Counted from the stretch's first letter, positions 17,735 to 29,159 are shown. The stretch is 64,000 bases of DNA from an uncultured Bacteroidales bacterium (GCA_963701745.1 CAVPBE010000004.1:88586-152585); one strand, 5' to 3'. Made by a program: numbers and translations. The notes: generated by a model not told the origin, from the sequence alone.

Positions 17735-18355
17735 ATATCAAGATTTTGATGGTTATAATTTCTAAGTAATTTACAACATTTTAATGTAATTGCAGTAAAT
17801 ATTAAGCTCTCAAGTAAAAATTTCAGTATTTTTATTTTTTGTAAAATAAGGGGTGTATTTGTAAGTATTTCAAAAATAACAAAATAGGTTATAATTTAAG
17901 ACTGATGCCGACTTTTTAGCAAATAAATCAGTTTAGTCTGTTATTGCGTCAGAAATCTGTCATATCAGAAAAAGTGTCCGTCCTGGGAATGTGCCATATT
18001 ACGAACAAATTCAAAAAATTATGAAGAGGATATTCTTTATCATTTCGATAAATCCTATGAAGGCCACAAAAATAAAATCTGGCTGAAAATAAAGAATGAC
18101 ACTCTTCTTCACATTTTCCCGGTTAATGATCAGGGTGTACCTGCTTCAACACATTGGATTGAAAGATATGTAAAGCTGAAATGAAAATCTCAAAGCCTGT
18201 TGTTTATATAAAAGTGTTATCTGCCCCTGAAAAATAACACAAAGGTTAAGATCAAAGCTCCAATTACATGCTGAAAAACAGAGTCATACAATGACGAAAT
18301 GACTCCGGTGTTTTAAAAGGAGAATCTCTTATCTTTGAGAGATATATCCTGAATA

Positions 18356-19267
18356 ATGACCAATAAAATATTTACCCGTAAGAAGTTCATTTCAACGGCT
18401 GTTGCCGGACTTGCAGGAATTAATATTATTCCCCATTTCCGTAGTGGCAAAGTGGAAGAGATTCCACGTTACCGTTCAATAGGAAAAACAGGGATAATGG
18501 CATCTCCTGTCTGCTTCGGAGCAACACGGACAAACGATGAATCATTGATAAAATATGCCATCGATAAGGGATTCACCTTTATCGATACCGGTCGCTCCTA
18601 TGCCAACGGGAATAATGAGAGACTTGTTGGCAGGGCTGTTTCAGGGATCAGGAATAAGGTAGTGATCCAGTCAAAGCTCCGGCTTGATCCGAATGAGCTT
18701 CCGGCGGAAGGGAAAGGCAAAAAAGGCGCCGAAGAGATTAGAATTGCCCTTAATTCAAAGCTGGAAGCCAGTCTCATGGCTCTTGGGTCGGACTACATTG
18801 ACATCCTTCTGTATCATGATGCTTCAATGGAAAACCTGCTTTTCCATACTGAAGTTATGAGGTTCTTTGCCGATCTGAAAAGCTCGGGAGTGATTAAGGC
18901 CTGCGGATTCTCAACCCATAATGATCTGATGAACCTCCATGAAAGGAATAACATTGAGCTTTTCTATGATGTTATTATGATCCCTTTTAACCATAAAGGT
19001 TCATTTGTCCATTCTGTTACAGGGAATTTTGCAGAATGGGATCAGAGCAGACTGATCTCTGCTCTCACAGAAGCCGGAAGAAAGGGGATAGGTGTCATTG
19101 CGATGAAAACCTGTTCAGGAGGAAAATACTCACCCTCACCCGATGTTGAACCAGGTTACCCCGAAGCAGTAAGATGGGTTATCCGGCATTCTTTTATAAG
19201 TTCGGCAGCGGTTGCAATGGCCAATTTCGAACAGGTAAACGAGCATGTCCCCCTGCTAAATGATTGA
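18356..19267 (+). CDS. Aldo/keto reductase with a Tat-like N-terminal signal
   Basis: FIDTGRSYANGNNERLVGRAV, IDILLYHD and GVIAMK are AKR motifs. The N-terminus TRKKFISTAVAGLAG resembles a Tat signal with KK in place of RR. Confidence 0.8.
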   Translation: MTNKIFTRKKFISTAVAGLAGINIIPHFRSGKVEEIPRYRSIGKTGIMASPVCFGATRTNDESLIKYAIDKGFTFIDTGRSYANGNNERLVGRAVSGIRNKVVIQSKLRLDPNELPAEGKGKKGAEEIRIALNSKLEASLMALGSDYIDILLYHDASMENLLFHTEVMRFFADLKSSGVIKACGFSTHNDLMNLHERNNIELFYDVIMIPFNHKGSFVHSVTGNFAEWDQSRLISALTEAGRKGIGVIAMKTCSGGKYSPSPDVEPGYPEAVRWVIRHSFISSAAVAMANFEQVNEHVPLLND

Positions 19268-19293
19268 ATATATTGTAAATCAGGAAATATCTT

Positions 19294-20103
19294 TCAGGTA
19301 TAAATATCCTTCCGCAGATAAATCCTGTATGAAAGTATCAGGAGCGTCATAGATACCCCGATAAAATAAACCAGGCTCACAGGATCCATTCTATAACCAG
19401 GACCAATAACATTCGTATCAACGTATTTAAAAGGTGTAAGATACCCGATTTTTGCCACGCTCTCAGTGATCTTGGAGATAGTAAAAACAAAATACAGGAT
19501 TATGACAAGCCCTATGCAAAAGGTTGTAATTGGCTTCGGTCTTTTTACAAGGGTTGACAGAAAAAGCCCGGTTGAAGCAAACAGGAAATTCAACAACAAG
19601 GTATAAAGTGACAGGATCAAAAACGCACTGACACTAAAGGATCCTTTCTTAACCAGTTCAATGAAAATTAATCCAACCAGGGAGGTTACCAGGTTCAGTA
19701 CAAATACATTTATTGAAATAACAGCCAGCTTGCTCAGGAATATCTCACTGCGGGTAAGTGGCCTTGCCATAAGGTATTCTGCTGTTTTATTATACTCCTC
19801 CTTTAGCAGGATATTGGAGGACAATACTATTGAATAAACACTGCCGATCACGAGCATATAAATTATATTATTGACGGCATAAAATCCAAGTACCGAAAGC
19901 AGATCGCCGAAATTAGAGATACCCTTGAACTGCAGAGCTTCCTTCGGGATAAGGCTTAGCATTCCCATTATCTTTGACTGATTGCCTAGGAATGTCGGGT
20001 AAACTGACATTGTAACTGCTATCAGCACAGTCAGAATGATCGTCCAAATGAAAAGACTGAATGCGTTCCGTTTGAATTCTCTGGCAAAAAGGTTATGATT
20101 CAT
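19294..20103 (-). CDS. ABC-2 type transporter permease
   Basis: About six hydrophobic helices. It lies 11 nt downstream of the ABC ATPase on the same strand. Confidence 0.75.
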   Translation of the reverse strand: MNHNLFAREFKRNAFSLFIWTIILTVLIAVTMSVYPTFLGNQSKIMGMLSLIPKEALQFKGISNFGDLLSVLGFYAVNNIIYMLVIGSVYSIVLSSNILLKEEYNKTAEYLMARPLTRSEIFLSKLAVISINVFVLNLVTSLVGLIFIELVKKGSFSVSAFLILSLYTLLLNFLFASTGLFLSTLVKRPKPITTFCIGLVIILYFVFTISKITESVAKIGYLTPFKYVDTNVIGPGYRMDPVSLVYFIGVSMTLLILSYRIYLRKDIYT

Positions 20104-20114
20104 TTGCCTTTCAG

Positions 20115-21005
20115 TTAAATCTGGTAATAATGCATGAAAATTTCATCAAGCGATGGCTCTTCGATCATCAGGTTATTGATCACACTTCCCGACAGAAAAC
20201 TTACAAGTCCATTGATGTTACCTGAAAACATGAAGGATAAACTGTTTCCCGGACCTGTGATCAGGTTTACTACGCCCGGAAAGCTTAAGTTCTCCGGTTT
20301 AACCTGTTCATCAAATTCAATCGTTACCTTTTTCAGCTGCTTTTTCCTAAGGGTATCAATATCTTCAAGCTGGATGATCTTCCCTTCTTTTATAATTGCT
20401 ACTCTCCTGCAAAACATCTGTACTTCACCAAGTATGTGAGAGGAGAAGAAAATTGTCATTCCTCTCTGGTTCTCCTTACGTAAAAGATCAAAGAATAATG
20501 ATTGCATAAGTGGATCAAGTCCGGTTGTCGGTTCATCCATTATAAGCAATACCGGCCTGTGAACAAGACTCTGAACAATGGATACCTTTTTCCTGTTTCC
20601 TGTCGACAGGTCAGAAATCTTCCTTCTGAGATCAAGCTCAAAAAGGCTTGTGAGTTCTTTTATTCTGGCGGGCCCATCCTTTATATTGTAGAACCTTGCG
20701 AAATAATTCAGGAATTCTTCCACCTCCATATAGGAATAAGCGTTCGCATCGGAAGGTATGTAACCTGTTTTACGTTTTATCTCCTTTGTTTTACTTACAA
20801 CATCCATTCCCAATATTCTTGCACTTCCCCCAGTCGGAAAGATCAGGTTCATCAGTATCCTTATAGTTGTGGATTTCCCGGCACCGTTAGGTCCGATGAA
20901 TCCGAATACTTCTCCCCTTCCTACCTCCAGATTTACATTTTCAATACCTCTGGATTTGCCGTAGAATTTAGTAAGATCCGTAATATCAATAACTGATTCA
21001 TTCAT
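20115..21005 (-). CDS. ABC transporter ATP-binding protein
   Basis: Walker A GPNGAGKST, signature LSTGNRKKV and Walker B LLIMDEPTTGLD. Confidence 0.9.
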   Translation of the reverse strand: MNESVIDITDLTKFYGKSRGIENVNLEVGRGEVFGFIGPNGAGKSTTIRILMNLIFPTGGSARILGMDVVSKTKEIKRKTGYIPSDANAYSYMEVEEFLNYFARFYNIKDGPARIKELTSLFELDLRRKISDLSTGNRKKVSIVQSLVHRPVLLIMDEPTTGLDPLMQSLFFDLLRKENQRGMTIFFSSHILGEVQMFCRRVAIIKEGKIIQLEDIDTLRKKQLKKVTIEFDEQVKPENLSFPGVVNLITGPGNSLSFMFSGNINGLVSFLSGSVINNLMIEEPSLDEIFMHYYQI

Positions 21006-21259
21006 AACATTAACACAATTCTATACAACACTTACCTTGATTTCTATTAATCAGAAGTAGTTGAATGTTACTTATCAAATATAGTATAAGTATATGAATT
21101 CCGGCGATATCATTGACCGATTGACATGGATATGTAAAAAGTGATGGAAAACCTGGCGCTCCTTAGTTATTGCCGGATGTTTGGTAAAGGAAATGATTTA
21201 TCAAATTTATGAAGTACTTTTGCTGGAAATATGGAAATCAATCAACTAAATATTAAAAT

Positions 21260-22063
21260 ATGAAAAAAGTATTTGTCCTTCTATTGCTTTCAGGACTTGC
21301 ATTAATATCCTGGTCGCAGCAGTCAGCAAAAGAAGGAAAGATGCCTGTTACAACAGCTTCCGGAGCAGGCCGGGGATTATATACTGAAGCTTTGAAATGG
21401 TTTGATAGGGTTGATCTTAACCAGGGCCGTGATCAGCTAATAAAAGCCCTTGACGAGGATCCGGATTTCTTCATGGCAAACTATCAAATGGCACTCTATT
21501 ACAGCTGGACTGATAATTTTGAAAGATTCAGTGAATACGCCAAAAATGCTGTTAATTGTAAAGCCGGGTTAAGTCAGGCTGAAGAGCTACTCAGAAGCGC
21601 TATTAACAAACTAAGGACAAATCCTCAGACTGACGTCACTGAAACCGGAAAAAAGCTTGTTGATATGTACCCTGGTGACATAAATGCTTATAACAATCTA
21701 ATCTATTTCCAATCCTTCATCAATGATACTGAAGGGCAGCTTGTGACACTGAATCAGGCTTTGAAAGTCGATCAGAATCAACCTTCATTGTATAATCAAC
21801 TTGGTTATGTTTATATGCAGTTGAAACAGAATGAAAAAGCAGAAACTGCATTTGACAAGTATATTGAGCTGGATCCGAAAAATCCTAACGTTTACGATTC
21901 AAAAGGAGATTTTTTTATCAATATCAAAGAATATAAAAAAGCTTACGAATCATATATGAAGGCTCACCTGATTGATACCGCATGGGGTTATGAAAAAGCT
22001 CAAAAGGCAAAGCAGCTTTATGAAATGGCCGAAGGAAAGAAACTCGATATTATTTTAATGTAA
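21260..22063 (+). CDS. Secreted tetratricopeptide-repeat protein
   Basis: Signal peptide followed by TPR-like repeats (LYNQLGYVYMQLKQNEKAETAFDKYIELDPKN and VYDSKGDFFINIKEYKKAYESYMKA). Confidence 0.75.
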   Translation: MKKVFVLLLLSGLALISWSQQSAKEGKMPVTTASGAGRGLYTEALKWFDRVDLNQGRDQLIKALDEDPDFFMANYQMALYYSWTDNFERFSEYAKNAVNCKAGLSQAEELLRSAINKLRTNPQTDVTETGKKLVDMYPGDINAYNNLIYFQSFINDTEGQLVTLNQALKVDQNQPSLYNQLGYVYMQLKQNEKAETAFDKYIELDPKNPNVYDSKGDFFINIKEYKKAYESYMKAHLIDTAWGYEKAQKAKQLYEMAEGKKLDIILM

Positions 22064-22095
22064 TTCATTACAAACAAAAACTTCTTAAATAAACA

Positions 22096-23094
22096 ATGAA
22101 GAAGGTCATTTTTTCTGTTTTTATCATTTTGTCAATAACAAATAGTAGTGCACAGGTAAAAAAGGAGCACATTGTAACTGCTCCGCAATTAAAGCAATGG
22201 ATCACATATCTTGCTTCAGATGAGATGAAAGGACGGGCAAACGGTTCCCCGGAAATGAAAACTGCTGCATATTGGATAGCGCAAAAATTCGGTGAAAATG
22301 GTGTTAAGCCAGTAATTCCGGACAGCGGTTTTATACAGAATTATACTTTCACCTCGCGTCAGCAAACAATAAAGGAGAGGAATATTATCGGCATTATTGA
22401 GGGCACTGACCCATCATTAAAAGATCAGTATATTGTTCTCAGCGCTCATTTTGATCATACGGGAATAAGACCAGGACTGAAACCCGATTCAATACGTAAC
22501 GGTGCGGATGACAATGCTGCAGGAACCTGCACTTTAATCGGAATTGCCAAAACAATTAAATTATCAGGGAAAAAGCCCGGAAGAACAATTTTGCTGGCCG
22601 CATTCAGCGGAGAAGAATACGGAATGAGAGGCTCGCGATATTTTGTTTCCAATCCGCAGGTTCCCCTGAGAAAAATCTATGCTGACCTGAACTTTGAGAT
22701 GACAGGTCATTCCGAATACCTGGGAAAGAATAAATATTATATGACAGGATGCCAGTACTCAAATCTTGATGATATTATAGCAAATTTTAATAAAGGAACC
22801 AGTTTTCAGCTTATTGATTCCATCCCGATTGCAAATATGCTTTTCAATTCTTCAGATAATATAGCTTTCTCGAGGATTTCCGCTGCTGATGGCATCACGC
22901 TTGGTATACCAAGCGGCACTTTTGCCACTTCTGCCACTCCCGGCTATCTCCATAATGTCACTGACGAAGCAGAGCTTTTTGACTTTGATAATATGGCAGA
23001 ATTGATCAGCTATTTCAGCGACCTTGTGATATGGTTATCGAACAGCAAATCGGATATAGTATGGACCGATCCTGCATTCTCAAGGATCAAATAA
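22096..23094 (+). CDS. M28 family metallopeptidase
   Basis: NIIGIIEG, VLSAHFDHTG, GADDNAAG and AFSGEEYGMRGSRYF are M28 zinc-ligand contexts. A signal peptide is present. Confidence 0.85.
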   Translation: MKKVIFSVFIILSITNSSAQVKKEHIVTAPQLKQWITYLASDEMKGRANGSPEMKTAAYWIAQKFGENGVKPVIPDSGFIQNYTFTSRQQTIKERNIIGIIEGTDPSLKDQYIVLSAHFDHTGIRPGLKPDSIRNGADDNAAGTCTLIGIAKTIKLSGKKPGRTILLAAFSGEEYGMRGSRYFVSNPQVPLRKIYADLNFEMTGHSEYLGKNKYYMTGCQYSNLDDIIANFNKGTSFQLIDSIPIANMLFNSSDNIAFSRISAADGITLGIPSGTFATSATPGYLHNVTDEAELFDFDNMAELISYFSDLVIWLSNSKSDIVWTDPAFSRIK

Positions 23095-23415
23095 ACAGAG
23101 GTTCCCCCTTACTTATTCATTGTTTACAATTATAGGACTAAAACAGTGGCATATTGATGTGACATTAATTTCATATTGATTTACAACATATATTTTATGT
23201 ATTACGATAATTTATTTACCTGTAACGATATGCATTTAATCCCTGTCAAGATGTTCTGATTTCAGAGTCAGATGCCGATCAGGTTCGACAATTCCCGAAT
23301 GTTATCCCACTGTCGGCAGCAGCTAAAGCAAAGCTAAATTTGACATTGACGTTGTACTGATATATCTTTAATAAAAATAATGTTATATCAGATCTTTAAA
23401 ATAAATTATATACTG

Positions 23416-23826
23416 ATGAAAAAACATTTCATTTCTCTTTTTGATCCAGCTCACCTGAAATGGACAATTTCCCTATTTGCTATTGCATTATTGCTCATCA
23501 TTACAGCCAATTTAGTTGGTATTAGCGATAATCCGAAGGGGATTGCATTGCTCTACGGGGGAATAGTCTCTCTCTTCTTTGCAGTGTTACATCCTTGGAA
23601 AAACCCGACAAATTATTGGACACTTCTCTTAGTATCTATTTTGATCCTAATTCTGGAATGGCTAGGGATTACCGTTCTTGACAGGTTGAACAAAACTGAA
23701 TATATCAATGAGGCAATTGCAATGGGAGTAGCATTCCTGATTTGTATGCCCGGGATCCTGGTTGGCATTACAGGCGCTTTTATTTGTTCCGTCAGAAAGA
23801 AATTAAGGCAAGACAAAGAAGGTTAA
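23416..23826 (+). CDS. Hypothetical integral membrane protein
   Basis: About four hydrophobic helices. The ATG at 23416 (MKKHFISLF) is preferred over the listed start at 23380. Confidence 0.55.
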   Translation: MKKHFISLFDPAHLKWTISLFAIALLLIITANLVGISDNPKGIALLYGGIVSLFFAVLHPWKNPTNYWTLLLVSILILILEWLGITVLDRLNKTEYINEAIAMGVAFLICMPGILVGITGAFICSVRKKLRQDKEG

Positions 23827-24021
23827 TCTATATTTTAGCATGATCCGGTCTTATTTGTCTTAAGGTACAATTTAATACTATAAATATTAGTTTATATGAA
23901 ACTCCTGGTTCAATTCCGGGGTTTTCTATTTTATGATATTTAACTCTCTTACGTGGACTTTTTAACTTTTCAAACTATACCCGGAATTATTGTAACTTAA
24001 AATCTTTAATTAATTCAAATT

Positions 24022-24831
24022 ATGAAATCAAATCCTTTTACGGTAATTTTCCTTTTATTAGCCTGTTTTATTGTGACTTCCTGTACAAAAAAGGAGGACC
24101 CTCCCACAAGTGGTCTGATCTTGTATTATAGTTTTAATGGAAATACAAACGATGCAAGCGGGAACAACAATAATGGTATAAATAATACTTCAAATAAATA
24201 TGTTTCAGGAAAAAAGGGGCAAGCACTCGATTTCAACGGGACTTCAGACTATATTGAATTAACAAATACCTTAAATTCTGCAAATGGCCTTAGCTTTTCC
24301 TTCTGGGTAAAATCAAGAGGTGCTGCCGGTACCGATAACAATGGTGTTATTATCGGAAAATATAATATGACAGCTAATTATAGAAGCTTCCTTGTATATT
24401 CATTTGGTGGAGGTGACACAAGAAATGACAACCGCCTCGCGGCGGCATTTTACAAATATGGTTATTCATCCGGAGTTCATGACAATGTAAAATCATATCT
24501 GGAACCAGGGGAGCTGACAGTGTTCCCGTCAGATCCAGCACTTTGGACCATCCTGAATCCAAAAAGGCTTTTAATCGGAAACTGGACTCACTGTGTTGTT
24601 AACGTAACCGAAACCACAATTGAAGCCTGGCTCAATGGTGTTTTATGTACAAAAAAACAAAGGGAATATGATACTTATTTTGACAGCCCGGAAGAACCAG
24701 TATATATTGGAAATAATTTAGCTCTTGGCGGCGGCACAAATAATCATTTCAACGGGGTTCTTGACGAACTGAGAATCTATAACAGGGGACTGACCAAAGA
24801 TGAGATTCAAATTCTGTACAAAGCAAAATAA
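24022..24831 (+). CDS. LamG (Laminin_G_3/concanavalin-like) domain lipoprotein
   Basis: Lipobox FIVTSC. LILYYSFNGNTNDASGNNNNG, ALDFNGTSDYIEL, FSFWVK and LDELRIYNRGLTKDEI are LamG_3 hallmarks. Confidence 0.85.
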   Translation: MKSNPFTVIFLLLACFIVTSCTKKEDPPTSGLILYYSFNGNTNDASGNNNNGINNTSNKYVSGKKGQALDFNGTSDYIELTNTLNSANGLSFSFWVKSRGAAGTDNNGVIIGKYNMTANYRSFLVYSFGGGDTRNDNRLAAAFYKYGYSSGVHDNVKSYLEPGELTVFPSDPALWTILNPKRLLIGNWTHCVVNVTETTIEAWLNGVLCTKKQREYDTYFDSPEEPVYIGNNLALGGGTNNHFNGVLDELRIYNRGLTKDEIQILYKAK

Positions 24832-25275
24832 AAAAAGCTTCTTTTGTTGATCCGTTTATCTCACGACTTTTAATTAATCTGACGTTTAAGCTTTTTTCAG
24901 TTAGGGAAAAACTCAAACAGCCTGGTGGGATCATTGATTATTTGTCCTGTTTCCAGTTCCCAGAAAGGGAAGATACATTTGATGCTTTCTTCGTCCATCT
25001 TTAAGTTCATTTATAGCACCAAAATAGTCTATATCACTGATACCTTTTGTATAAAGACCCGTTGATTTGATGACAGGCTTCCTTGCTTACATTAATGATG
25101 TCAATTAATTGATTAAATTCTGTTGCCGGGAATAAAAATAATTAAACCGCACTCAGGAATCAGAATCAAGGTAATATGTTCCGGGGCAGGTACCCCCGGG
25201 AGACGGAAAAATTTCTAAATTTGGCATAACAAAAGAGACAATATAAAAATTAAGTAGTAATTAAAATAAAAAATC

Positions 25276-25476
25276 ATGCCATTTATCGGGTCTCATAACA
25301 GATTTAATGAATTCAGAGATGATTTCTTAAAAGATACAGGATTAAAGAGTGTTGAGGATAATATGGCACTTTATGCTCAATATGTAACAGCACGCTTTGC
25401 TGATCAGAATCATCGTTTATTAATTAATCTGGTAAACGAAATCCAGGACTTATACAAAGTGCTTAAAAAGGTTTAA
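25276..25476 (+). CDS. Small hypothetical protein
   Basis: 66-aa ATG ORF in an otherwise empty spacer. No family recognised. Confidence 0.35.
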   Translation: MPFIGSHNRFNEFRDDFLKDTGLKSVEDNMALYAQYVTARFADQNHRLLINLVNEIQDLYKVLKKV

Positions 25477-25572
25477 CATTCCAAATTGACCTTACATGCT
25501 CTTCCCTTCTTTCATGGGAATTGTCTGTGCGTCTGCATTATTTCGAATAACCAGGTGGTAAAAGGAGCTTCA

Positions 25573-26811
25573 TCAGTCTTTATCAGTTTGTTTTACTTCA
25601 CTGATCAGTGTTGATTCCCTGAGCTTTGTTGTAACCAGAAAACTGACTGACATCAGGATAATCATGGCTACCAAAGGCCTGGTCATTGATCCTGTTGATG
25701 ATGATTTGTAACTATTCATCCCGAAGATGAATAATATCCCTGAAATCTGTCCTGCAAGCAATAGAAAACCATTGGAGGTACCCTCTGAAACAGGATAAGT
25801 TATTTCAGCTCCGTACTGGAAACCGATAGGACCGGAGCTTAGCAGAAAGAATCCAAAAGCCATCCCTGAAATAAGGACCATTATATAGCTGGTTGAAATA
25901 GTAATTCCAATCAGGCTTATAGTGGCCCCTGCAAGAGCAATAATAAAGAATGGGATTCTTTTCCTGTAATGGTCCGATAAAACAGGAAGAATAATGGCGC
26001 CCAGAATTCCGCCAGCAATCATCAGGCCGCCAGTCATTCCAGCCTGCACTGAGGTAAATCCCCGGGGGTTGAGAATGTTCTCAATCCAGGTTGTGACAGC
26101 GTTGAAAACTCCAAGTCCGATAAAAAAGATAAACAATAGCCAGTTAAAACTTTTGTTTTTAAATATAAGTTTTAATCCATCAAGAGCAAGAGCGCGCTCC
26201 TCCTGATCGGGTCTGCAAGGAGCCACAGGAGGCCGTTCCCTGACGAATACGAGAAAAATGACTGCTGAAATAATCGCAAAAATCCCATATATGTGAAGCA
26301 TCCTGGCAATACCTGACCCATTTACAAGCCATGGAGTAAGGATCATGCCTGTAAGTATGCCGAGATAACTCGAAAGTGTTCCGAGTCCTGAAGCTGTAGC
26401 TCTTTCTTCAATTGGAAACCATCGCGCAGCCACTTTTGTTATAGCATTCAGGAGGAATGGCTGGCCTATGGCAATCCCGACCTGAGTCAAAAGTAAAAGA
26501 TTATAATTCGAAGGAACCAAACCACGCAGCAATCCAAATAATCCGGTAAAAACAGCTCCTGTACCGACTCCGACCCTGATGCCATAAGTGTCAATGATCC
26601 ATGATGCAGGTATTGATACAACAAGGTAAACAATCATAAAACACATTGAGAGAATGCCAATTTTCAGATCCGAAACCCCATAATAGTGTACTGCTTCGCT
26701 TGTAACAGGTGCAAAAGTTATCCAAAGAACCTGATTTACAGCAATAATAATCATATAAACGCTGAGAATTATCCAGCGGTAACCATAAACTTTGTACCCT
26801 GCATTTTTCAT
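25573..26811 (-). CDS. MFS transporter
   Basis: About twelve hydrophobic helices and a central loop (RERPPVAPCRPDQEE). The ATG at 26811 (MKNAGYKVYGYRW) is preferred over the listed start at 26928. Confidence 0.8.
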   Translation of the reverse strand: MKNAGYKVYGYRWIILSVYMIIIAVNQVLWITFAPVTSEAVHYYGVSDLKIGILSMCFMIVYLVVSIPASWIIDTYGIRVGVGTGAVFTGLFGLLRGLVPSNYNLLLLTQVGIAIGQPFLLNAITKVAARWFPIEERATASGLGTLSSYLGILTGMILTPWLVNGSGIARMLHIYGIFAIISAVIFLVFVRERPPVAPCRPDQEERALALDGLKLIFKNKSFNWLLFIFFIGLGVFNAVTTWIENILNPRGFTSVQAGMTGGLMIAGGILGAIILPVLSDHYRKRIPFFIIALAGATISLIGITISTSYIMVLISGMAFGFFLLSSGPIGFQYGAEITYPVSEGTSNGFLLLAGQISGILFIFGMNSYKSSSTGSMTRPLVAMIILMSVSFLVTTKLRESTLISEVKQTDKD

Positions 26812-27058
26812 AAAATCCCCAGGATTTTTATCCGGGCAATATACAACAAAAACAATGTCAGTGTTTGTTATGGTTATAGAAATTAAAAGAGGCTCTCGGA
26901 TCGAATCCGGTTGCTTTTTTTTGTCCAATCACCAGCATTGATCCACCTGGGAATATTCCCAATTCCGACTGTGTTTTAAAATAAAATTGACTTTGGCTTT
27001 GTGCTGGTGTAGTTTTGCTATTTTTATGGGGGGTTAACTGTATATTAATCTAAAGGTA

Positions 27059-27568
27059 ATGAATAAAGCATTTTTAACCGCGGTAATTTGTGTATTCCTT
27101 CTTATTATGTCTAATGGAATACTTGCACAGTCTGGCCAAACAAAACTCAATCAGGTTGAGTTGATGAAGAAGTTTATAGGCAGTTGGAAGATCGAACTGC
27201 CCGAAGAAGAGGCTATGATTATGGAAGTCAAACCTTTTGGGTCTGCAATGGTTGGTAATACAAAATTTATTTCTAAAGACACAGCTTTTGATTCAAATAA
27301 ATATCTGTGGGGATATGATAATACAAATGATAAAATAGTGCTTGCTGAGATTTTTGATAATACACCAAATATGGAGATTGATATATTGTGGTTCACGTCC
27401 GAAAATAATGTGGATGGAGTACTTCAAAAGGATATCATAAGTCCGGAAAACGCAGTTATAAAATTTAATTTTGAATTCAAATCCCCGGATTTAATCATTT
27501 TTAAATATTTAAAGAATAATAATGTACTAACTGAACTTTCTTTTAATCGTGAAAAAGAGGTGATTTGA
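27059..27568 (+). CDS. Secreted hypothetical protein
   Basis: Signal peptide (VFLLIMSNGILAQ). No family recognised. Confidence 0.55.
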   Translation: MNKAFLTAVICVFLLIMSNGILAQSGQTKLNQVELMKKFIGSWKIELPEEEAMIMEVKPFGSAMVGNTKFISKDTAFDSNKYLWGYDNTNDKIVLAEIFDNTPNMEIDILWFTSENNVDGVLQKDIISPENAVIKFNFEFKSPDLIIFKYLKNNNVLTELSFNREKEVI

Positions 27569-27897
27569 TACAATTTTCTACATGACATCATTCTGTCACC
27601 TGACCCTGGTATAACTACAGAATACTTTTCTCCCTGTTTGCTCTATTACTTCCAGAAAAATTCTATAACAATTAATTAAATAAATTACTTTTTTAGTTGT
27701 ACAACTAATTATTTCGTTATATCTTTGATAAGATATACCAAGGACAGGGCCTGGCAGACAATTTGAACGATCAGTTAAAGGAAGAAAGGTTTATTGTAGA
27801 ACAAACATATCGATTTGTTGAATTTTATAAGAATCAGAACTCTCTACCCATAAGAAATGGGAGGCAGTATATTCATCAGACTTTAATAAATAATGAC

Positions 27898-28677
27898 ATG
27901 GAAAAAGATGTGAATAGAATACCAAGTTTCGATGACATTGTTTTTGAGAACAGGAACAAGGAGTATGGTGCTTACAAACTTCGTAAGAAGTACGATCGTA
28001 ATGTACTTATTGCACTAGTAATAAGTATAATAATATTAGGGACTGCTGTAATTACTCCCTACCTTAATGCTAAAGCTGCCGAAAGCAAGGCAAAAAAAGC
28101 TGAAAGGCAGGTTGAGATTAAGATGGAAAATCTGGATCAGCCAGATGAACTTGTTGCTCCTCCTCCACCCCCACCACCTCCTCCACAGGACGTTGTACAG
28201 CAGGCAAGATATGTTCCACCTGTAGTTGTTGACTCGGTTAAACCTGAAGAAGCCGCTGAGCTAATGAGTGCAGATCAGGCTCAGGTAGAAGTCCAAAACG
28301 AAGAGGTGGTTGAAGAAGTAGCACTTATTGCTGAAGAGGTCCAGGAAAATACGGATGAAGCCGAACCTTTCTATGTAGTCGAAGAGATGCCACTTTTCCC
28401 GGGCGGTGATGCAGCGATACAGAAGTATATTGGGGATAATGTTGTATATCCGGAGATTGCAAAGGAAAATAATATACAGGGCAGAGTGATTGTCAAGTTT
28501 TGTGTAACTCCAAAAGGCGGAGTCGATCAGGTCAGTGTTCTAAAAGGTGTTGATCCCGAACTCGATGCTGAAGTTATAAGGGTGGTAAAAACACTTCCTA
28601 AATTCAAACCGGGAAAACAGGGGGGAAAACCGGTACCGGTATGGTACACCATTCCAATTTATTTTCAGCTGAAATAA
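27898..28677 (+). CDS. Energy transducer TonB family protein
   Basis: N-terminal anchor (YGAYKLRKKYDRNVLIALVISIIILG), linker (APPPPPPPPPQ) and TonB_C domain (EEMPLFPGG...IQGRVIVKFCV...GKPVPVWYTIPIYFQL). The ATG at 27898 is preferred over the TTG at 27763. Confidence 0.9.
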   Translation: MEKDVNRIPSFDDIVFENRNKEYGAYKLRKKYDRNVLIALVISIIILGTAVITPYLNAKAAESKAKKAERQVEIKMENLDQPDELVAPPPPPPPPPQDVVQQARYVPPVVVDSVKPEEAAELMSADQAQVEVQNEEVVEEVALIAEEVQENTDEAEPFYVVEEMPLFPGGDAAIQKYIGDNVVYPEIAKENNIQGRVIVKFCVTPKGGVDQVSVLKGVDPELDAEVIRVVKTLPKFKPGKQGGKPVPVWYTIPIYFQLK

Positions 28678-29159
28678 CTCTGCAACATAAAGGAGCCTGA
28701 AATTCTGTGTTTTTTGACTTTCGGGTCGGGGGCTTCATGTTTAACAAAGCTTCAGCCAGGTTTTTATTAAAAAATCTAATTTATAATAATTTGACTTTGT
28801 AGACTTTGCGCTGAATTTACGTTCTTTACGGTTAAAAACTACTTTTGAGACAGCCCCCACACTACTAGTCGGACACTAGTGATTAAAATCCTGCAATTAT
28901 CCTGAATAAACAAACATTAGTCTAAATTTTCAGGCTGTTTGTCAAATACAGGTATCTTAGTTTAAATTTATGCAACTCTTTCTTATTACTCTGATAATCT
29001 AAGTGATACACAAATTTATAATCTGTCAGTTTATTTTTTCAGCATAATCCTCATAAAAGGGATCGCGGAATAAAATTTAAATACTCGTTAAAGAATAAAA
29101 AGACCAGACAGAGTTACCAGCATTAATTAAGTACAAATTAAATATAGGAGGAAAAAGTC

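Noticed and set aside
17927-18184. 85-codon open frame without ATG/GTG/TTG start in the 620-bp spacer (…DILYHFDKSYEGHKNKIWLKIKNDTLLHIFPVNDQGVPASTHWIERYVKLK)
   Set aside because: There is no start codon and no recognisable family. It may be a gene remnant, but I cannot support that from the sequence alone.
24935-25051. 37-codon minus-strand ORF (MNLKMDEESIKCIFPFWELETGQIINDPTRLFEFFPN) in the spacer after the LamG gene
   Set aside because: It is too short, has no recognisable motif, and has no supporting signals. It is noted only because the 440-bp spacer is otherwise empty.
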